A stretch of 32,581 bases of DNA, taken from assembly GCA_048941015.1 (NCBI GenBank), contig JBHLNZ010000033.1, forward strand, positions 1 to 32,581. Direction: 5' to 3'. The stretch is from Promethearchaeota archaeon. Lineage in GTDB: Archaea; Asgardarchaeota; Lokiarchaeia; Sigyniarchaeales; SOKP01. The notes under the pieces are model-generated. The model was not told the origin of the DNA, did not search any database, and was given only the letters and a program-made list of their open reading frames with translations. This document shows positions 27,013-32,581 of the stretch, one piece after another; positions within the stretch are counted from its first letter, which is position 1, and the number at the start of each line of letters is the position of its first letter. The position numbers and the translations under genes were made by a program.

Positions 27013-28401
27013 ATGACACAGAACGTACTTATAACGGGTGGTCTTGGGTATATCGGAAGTATTTTATATGATAATATAAAAGAAGAAGGATGGAATGCAG
27101 AAATCCTTGATAATCACTTATATAAAGAACTTGTCCCTGTAAATCCATTTGTTCAAGCAGATGTGAGGAATAAAGATGAAATCAAGAAATTGATCCAAAA
27201 CCATGATACTATCATAAATTTAGCAGCAGTTGTTGGAGATCCAGCTTGTTTGATTGATACAAATCTTGCTATTGAAATTAACTGCATAGGAACTAGAAAT
27301 GTAGCTGAACTATGCAAGAAATTTGAAAAAAAAATTGTCCATGTAAGTACGTGTAGTATTTATGGTAGTGAACCGAACGTTATAGTGAAAGAAAAAGATG
27401 AAGGCTTTCCAATTGATTTTTATGGACAAACTAAATATACTCAAGAGCGTATTGTAAGAGAAATTTGTAATGACAATTTCTGTATCTTACGATTAGGAAC
27501 AGCGTATGGCTTAAGTCCAAGAATGCGTTATGACTTGGTTGTGAATGTTTTTGCTGCGAGAGCTGCTAAGTTTAATAAAATTACTGTTTTTGGGGGTCAA
27601 CAAGAACGCCCTTTCGTTCATATCCGAGATATATCAAGAGCCATTATCCATGCTATTAAAAATAATCTAAATGGGATTTACAATGTAAGAGGAGATAATT
27701 TAAGTTTACTTAATTTAAGTCAAATTGTTAAAGAAATTACCAATTGCAAAGTGGATATTGATACTAATATTATTGATAAGCGAAGCTATATGGTTGACAA
27801 TTCAAAATTAGTTAATACAGGTTTTGAATATAAATATCATGTTGCCGATGCTGTTATAGAAATTATGAAATCTCCATCTGCAATGGAAATGCATAAGGGT
27901 ATTTATTCTAATTTAAAATTAGCTGAAAGAATCAAAATAGCTGAAACAATTGGTAAAAAAAGTTTAAGTTTAATACCTGGTGGAATAGCGATTGATGATC
28001 GAGGTTCATTAAGTTTTGCAAATGAATTTAATTTTTATGGCGTAAAAAGATTTTATCAAGTTCAGAACTTCTCAACATCTACAATTAGAGCATTCCATGG
28101 TCATTTAAATGAAGCGAAATATGTATATGTTGCTAAAGGGTCTGCTATTGTTGCTGCTGTTGAATTAGATGATCATGAATCTCCTTCAAAAAAACAACAG
28201 GTTAATAGATTTATCCTTTCCGATAAGAATCCACAAGTACTTTTCATTCCTCCTAAATATGCAAATGGTTTTCGCCCCTTAGAAGAAGATACACGGATAT
28301 TATTTTTTTCAACCAGTTCCTTGGAGGAAAGTAAAGGAGATGATTATCGGTATCCAGTTGATTATTGGGGAAAAGAGATTTGGGAAGTTGAAGATCGTTA
28401 A
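27013..28401 (+). CDS. NAD-dependent nucleotide-sugar epimerase/dehydratase (extended SDR) fused to a C-terminal RmlC-like cupin
   Basis: SDR motifs TGGLGYIG, NLAAVVGDPAC, STCSIYG, YGQTK and RLGTAYGLSPRMRYDL. Cupin motifs DDRG, KRFY, IRAFHGH and FIPPKYANGF. Confidence 0.88.
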   Translation: MTQNVLITGGLGYIGSILYDNIKEEGWNAEILDNHLYKELVPVNPFVQADVRNKDEIKKLIQNHDTIINLAAVVGDPACLIDTNLAIEINCIGTRNVAELCKKFEKKIVHVSTCSIYGSEPNVIVKEKDEGFPIDFYGQTKYTQERIVREICNDNFCILRLGTAYGLSPRMRYDLVVNVFAARAAKFNKITVFGGQQERPFVHIRDISRAIIHAIKNNLNGIYNVRGDNLSLLNLSQIVKEITNCKVDIDTNIIDKRSYMVDNSKLVNTGFEYKYHVADAVIEIMKSPSAMEMHKGIYSNLKLAERIKIAETIGKKSLSLIPGGIAIDDRGSLSFANEFNFYGVKRFYQVQNFSTSTIRAFHGHLNEAKYVYVAKGSAIVAAVELDDHESPSKKQQVNRFILSDKNPQVLFIPPKYANGFRPLEEDTRILFFSTSSLEESKGDDYRYPVDYWGKEIWEVEDR

Positions 28402-28415
28402 AATTAATAAATAGG

Positions 28416-29318
28416 GTGATTTTAATCGTAAATGTATTAGTTCTTGGAACTAGTGGAATGTTAGGTTCAATGGTATTTGATTACTTATCAAAAAACTCTA
28501 AATTAAATATTTATGGCACTGTTAGAAGTGAACAATTCCTAAAGGAAAATGTGTTAATTTTTGATGCTAACGATATTACTAAATTAGAGAAAGAAGAATT
28601 TGTCAGTTTGGATATCGATTATATTATAAACTGCATCGGAATTACGAAACCCTTCTGTAAAGATGATGATCCTAAAGGTGTAGAACGTGCAATTGCTATT
28701 AATTCAAAGTTTCCTTGGGAATTATCAAAATATACAAAAGAACATAATATAAAAGTAATTCAGATCGGCACTGATTGTGTTTTTTCAGGTAAAAATGGTT
28801 TATATAATGAAGATGACCCTCATGATCCTTTCGATGTCTATGGAAAATCAAAAAGTTTAGGAGAAGTTTTTGATGGATCAGCATTAATAATCCGATGTTC
28901 TATAATTGGACCAGAAATTAAAAAACAGAATTCCTTTTTATTAGAATGGTTTTTAAGTCAACCAAATGGGGGTACTATCGGTGGATTTGAACATCATATC
29001 TGGAATGGCATTACAACTCTTCAATTTGCTCAACTTTGTGAAAAAATAATTGTTTCTAATATATATGATGATCTTATAAAGGTTTCTTATATACATCACT
29101 ATACTCCGAATGTTATAGTAAATAAGTATGAGCTTATGAATATATTTAATGAAGTATTCAAAAAGAATTTAACCATAAATCGCGTTAATGTTCCAAATCA
29201 AGGTATTGATCGCAGTCTAGCAACGAAGTATGGAAATTTATGTAATTTAGATAAAAAGATGGATCTAAAGACTGTGGTTATGGAATTGAGAAATTATATG
29301 AAAGAATTTTATTCCTAA
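28416..29318 (+). CDS. RmlD-like 4-keto-6-deoxy nucleotide-sugar reductase
   Basis: Motifs LGTSGMLG, INCIG, TDCVFSG..G.Y.E.D, DVYGKSKSLGE, R.SIIG.E and W.G.TT. The start codon is uncertain. Confidence 0.88.
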   Translation: MILIVNVLVLGTSGMLGSMVFDYLSKNSKLNIYGTVRSEQFLKENVLIFDANDITKLEKEEFVSLDIDYIINCIGITKPFCKDDDPKGVERAIAINSKFPWELSKYTKEHNIKVIQIGTDCVFSGKNGLYNEDDPHDPFDVYGKSKSLGEVFDGSALIIRCSIIGPEIKKQNSFLLEWFLSQPNGGTIGGFEHHIWNGITTLQFAQLCEKIIVSNIYDDLIKVSYIHHYTPNVIVNKYELMNIFNEVFKKNLTINRVNVPNQGIDRSLATKYGNLCNLDKKMDLKTVVMELRNYMKEFYS

Positions 29319-29322
29319 TTAG

Positions 29323-30393
29323 TTATCTATCTGAATTTCTATAGAAATTTAATGAATTTCCGATTAGAATATTACATATTTTTTCTGCGATTCTCTCTCC
29401 ATAGTGAGTAACTGATTTAACTTTTCTGGATAGTGAGAGTTCGGCAGCATCAAGCATTTGTTCTACGTTTAAACCCGTTAATGTATTAATACCAAGTTCA
29501 ATTAAATCAATTCTTTCTGTACTTTCTCTTATTGTTAAGCATGGAGTTCCCAAAATTGCACACTCTTCGACAACTGTTCCACTATCAGTTATAACTAATT
29601 GTGCTTCTTTTTCCATTCCTAAAAATTCTAGAAATCCCTGTGGAGCAATTGGATTTATTCCTTGAGTAAAATCTAAACCAAACTTTTCCATCATTATTTT
29701 TGTTTTTGGCATTAAGATGAACTTAATTTCAATTTTTTTTCTTTCATATAACTTCTCTAAAAAATTCAATATAATTGTAAGATTTTCTTTAATTTCTGTA
29801 TTTTCAGCTCTATGACAAGTTACTAAAAAAAATGGGGTTTCTTGTTTGAAGGAAGGATTTGTAGCTTGAACAACTTCAACAATAGGATTGCCTACCACCC
29901 AGATTCTCCGTGGATTTAGCCCCTCTCTAATTAAATTATCCTTATGTTCTGGTAAGTAACAAATGTTTAAATCAGAAAGATGATCGATTACTACGCGGTT
30001 TTTTTCTTCAGGCATAATCCAATTTTTACTTCGCATGCCTGCTTCGATATGAACTAAAGGAATATTTAATTTAGAGGTAGCTAGAGCAAATCCTAAACTA
30101 CTATTATTATCTCCTAAAACAATTACAAAGGTAGGGTTTTCTTTTAATAAAACTTTTTCAAATTCAATCATCAATTTAGCTACTTGAGTGGCATGTGTTC
30201 CACTCTTAATATTTAAGTTATATTCAGGAATACGAACTCCTAATTGCTCATAAAAAATTTTATTGAGATTATAATCATAATGTTGTCCACTATCGACAAT
30301 AATATTTTCGAAATAAGTATCTAATTTCTTAATAATTTGGGAAAGTCGGATAATATCTGGTCGGATTCCAATACAGGTTATTATTCTTTTCAT
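29323..30393 (-). CDS. UDP-HexNAc 2-epimerase, FnlC/WbjD/Cap5G-like subfamily
   Basis: Motifs GIRPDIIRLS, SGQHYDYNL, LGDNNS, HIEAGMRS...MPEEKNR..IDHLSD.N, TCHRAEN, TDSGTVVEE and TER. Confidence 0.88.
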   Translation of the reverse strand: MKRIITCIGIRPDIIRLSQIIKKLDTYFENIIVDSGQHYDYNLNKIFYEQLGVRIPEYNLNIKSGTHATQVAKLMIEFEKVLLKENPTFVIVLGDNNSSLGFALATSKLNIPLVHIEAGMRSKNWIMPEEKNRVVIDHLSDLNICYLPEHKDNLIREGLNPRRIWVVGNPIVEVVQATNPSFKQETPFFLVTCHRAENTEIKENLTIILNFLEKLYERKKIEIKFILMPKTKIMMEKFGLDFTQGINPIAPQGFLEFLGMEKEAQLVITDSGTVVEECAILGTPCLTIRESTERIDLIELGINTLTGLNVEQMLDAAELSLSRKVKSVTHYGERIAEKICNILIGNSLNFYRNSDR

Positions 30394-30478
30394 AGTTTTC
30401 TAATAGAAAGAAATTTTCAAAAACTTTATGATTTAACTATTAGAGAAGAAAAATTATTTTTCCTTAAAAAAGTTCAAG

Positions 30479-31318
30479 TTAAATAACTACTCTTCTATTC
30501 CTAAGCAAAATCACGAAGATTCTTTTTATATAATAAATTAATAGGCATGAAAATATATTCAATGCTATTTTTGGAAGAATTATTTTGGAAGAGCCAAATT
30601 CACGTTGATACACTTTAATGGGACATTCTTTTATTCGATAGCCATGTAATATAACTTTTAATATTTGTTCAGTACAAAAAGCATAATCTATAAAGAGGCT
30701 TTTTTTAAATATCTCAATAATTTCTCTCCTATACGCTCTAAATCCATTTTGATTGTTTTTAATTTTTATCCCAAAAAACATTAGAATCAACTTCTCAGTT
30801 AAAACCTCACCGAATCTAGTAGAGAGTGGTAATTTATAATAGTAATTTCCTAAATACCTTGAACCAATAGTGTAATCAACCTCTCCATCTAAAATTGGTT
30901 TAATTAAAGAAAAGATATCATCGGGATCGTGTTGGCCATCAGTATCCATAGTTACGATAATCTCACCTTTAGCAAATCGAATACCGGAAAGTATTGCACC
31001 TCCATATCCAACATTTCTTTGATGAGAGATTACTTTTATATTCTTTGACTTTCTAATTTTGTTTATCCTTTTCAAACTGTTATCCGTAGAGTGATCATCA
31101 ACAACAATTATTTCAATTGAATCATGTACTGGAAGAGCTTCTAAAATTGGATTAATAGTTTTTTCTTCATTATATAAAGGTAATATAATGGAAATCAGAA
31201 TTTTATTATTTTCAATTAATCGATTAATATATCTATAAAAATCAATAAAATTGGCTCTTGGGGCGAAAGCTTCTTTTAATTGAGGAGAGGGAAGATTTAA
31301 AGATTTTTTTTTTTTCAA
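30479..31318 (-). CDS. Glycosyltransferase family 2, DPM1-like (polyprenol-phosphate glycosyltransferase)
   Basis: Motifs LPLYNEE, VVDDHSTD, NVGYGGA, MDTDGQH, GSRY and GFRAY. The TTG start is followed by an A12 tract. Confidence 0.9.
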   Translation of the reverse strand: MKKKKSLNLPSPQLKEAFAPRANFIDFYRYINRLIENNKILISIILPLYNEEKTINPILEALPVHDSIEIIVVDDHSTDNSLKRINKIRKSKNIKVISHQRNVGYGGAILSGIRFAKGEIIVTMDTDGQHDPDDIFSLIKPILDGEVDYTIGSRYLGNYYYKLPLSTRFGEVLTEKLILMFFGIKIKNNQNGFRAYRREIIEIFKKSLFIDYAFCTEQILKVILHGYRIKECPIKVYQREFGSSKIILPKIALNIFSCLLIYYIKRIFVILLRNRRVVI

Positions 31319-31470
31319 GAAGAAATCCCCAATATAAAAGATTTAAGTTTTAACTTCTCTCAAATAAAGATTTGTTAATTTAGTATAGGTATAATTTAAG
31401 ATAAATAAATTTATTTAATTGTCGAAAGTACGTTGAACTGACGAAAGGGTTAAAGTAATAATATTAATAA

Positions 31471-32442
31471 CTAAAATACAAGAGAAGGACGCTCAATAAA
31501 GAAAACGGAGTTGATTTTTTGAAGTTCTTTTTGATATCTTAAACTTCTGTATATCGAACTCTTTTTTAACAATTTTTCATAAACAGCAAGATCTCCTTTC
31601 GTGGTTTTTCTAAATATTGTAATTCTGAGTCTTTTGAGTAAGTATTGGAGAACACATAAGAAAAGGTGATAAGCTAATTTACTTAAAATAATATTAGAAG
31701 AACCAAATTCCCGATCATATACTTTAATTGGACATTCTTTAATTTTGTATCCTTCTAAAGAGGCTTTAAGTATTTGTTCAGTACAAAAGGCATAACCTTG
31801 GAATTTAATATTATCAAATATTGGTAAGAGTTTTCGATTGAAAGCACGAAAACCATTTTGATTATTCATTATACGTTTCCCAAAGAAAATTTGAATCGTT
31901 TTTTCAATGAGAATTTCACCTAATCTTGTAGACACAGGTAACTGATAAAAGTAGGTACCTAGATACCTTGATCCGATTGTATAATCAGCTTCCCCATCAA
32001 TAATTGGTTTTACTAAAGAAATGATATCATCAGGGCTATGTTGGCCATCTGAATCCATTGTAACCATAATATTACCATTTGAATGTTTGATTCCTGTAAG
32101 TACAGCGGCACCATATCCTTTATTTTTTTTGTGACTTATAACTTTAATATCTCCATTAAGTTTAGCTTTCTCAATTTGTAATAAGCTATCATCCGTTGAG
32201 TGATCATCAACAACAATTACTTCTATGGACTTATGATGAGGGAGTTTTTCTAAAACTGTTCTAATGGTATTTTCTTCATTATACATAGGCAAGATTATTG
32301 AGATAATAATTTCTTCTTCCTGTAATTTAGGATTCTTAAGAAGATCATATAATTCTTGGAAACGTTCATCATTTGAATTAATGTGGATTTCTTGATTATT
32401 TAATTCTCCTTTAAATTTTCTGCTTGAAGTTAAAAGATTCAA
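31471..32442 (-). CDS. Glycosyltransferase family 2, DPM1-like (tandem paralogue of the adjacent gene)
   Basis: Motifs LPMYNEE, VVDDHSTD, NKGYGAA, MDSDGQH, GSRY and GFRAF. TTG start. Confidence 0.9.
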   Translation of the reverse strand: MNLLTSSRKFKGELNNQEIHINSNDERFQELYDLLKNPKLQEEEIIISIILPMYNEENTIRTVLEKLPHHKSIEVIVVDDHSTDDSLLQIEKAKLNGDIKVISHKKNKGYGAAVLTGIKHSNGNIMVTMDSDGQHSPDDIISLVKPIIDGEADYTIGSRYLGTYFYQLPVSTRLGEILIEKTIQIFFGKRIMNNQNGFRAFNRKLLPIFDNIKFQGYAFCTEQILKASLEGYKIKECPIKVYDREFGSSNIILSKLAYHLFLCVLQYLLKRLRITIFRKTTKGDLAVYEKLLKKSSIYRSLRYQKELQKINSVFFIERPSLVF

Positions 32443-32581
32443 GGATTAGGCTCCGTTCAATAAACCATGAATTATTATATTCCGATTTTTAATATCTATT
32501 GCTACAGATAATATTAATATTATTGAATTTAAATTTATTTTAATTATTAAAATTATCTTTTGCTTTTAATAAATTTATTAT

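Noticed and set aside
27970-28401. Cupin domain as methylphosphonate synthase or HEP dioxygenase
   Set aside because: The motifs (DDRG, RAFHGH, IPP..ANGF) are those of RmlC-like sugar epimerase cupins, and it is fused to a sugar SDR. There is no evidence for methylphosphonate synthesis in the window.
31421-31450. Hammerhead-like words (CGAAA ... CTGACGA) in the GT2 intergenic region
   Set aside because: The spacing is too short and there are no complementary stems to form helices I-III.
1-32581. CRISPR array, tRNA/rRNA, transposase or integrase
   Set aside because: No regularly spaced DNA repeats, GC-rich structured segments or recombinase motifs were seen, and the intergenic spaces are short and AT-rich.

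Overview
This is a very AT-rich window (roughly 25-30% GC by eye) made up almost entirely of one large surface-glycan biosynthesis locus. It encodes four GT4 and two DPM1-like GT2 glycosyltransferases, a probable GT-C membrane glycosyltransferase, a Wzx/MOP flippase and two UDP-HexNAc 2-epimerases. It also encodes nucleotide-sugar SDR/cupin enzymes, two methyltransferases, a heparinase II/III-like protein, a bi-domain oxidoreductase and an alkaline-phosphatase-superfamily enzyme. Embedded at 4994-11085 is a complete phosphonate module: PEP mutase fused to a nucleotidyltransferase, phosphonopyruvate decarboxylase, phosphonoacetaldehyde reductase, a second cytidylyltransferase and a TagF-like CDP-alcohol phosphotransferase. 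Together these predict 2-hydroxyethylphosphonate (HEP) decoration of a glycan. Two elements at the left edge are missing from the ORF track. One is a membrane-anchored, sequon-rich protein (1448 to <1, minus strand) with ~126-aa 'FYxQWANG' repeats resembling the luminal region of Dictyostelium CD36/LIMP-2 proteins. The other is a truncated RmlA/SpsI-like pseudogene. An archaeal host, possibly Asgard (Lokiarchaeia-like), is inferred from gene content and style and is not proven by any marker gene. No rRNA, tRNA, CRISPR array or mobile element was seen.
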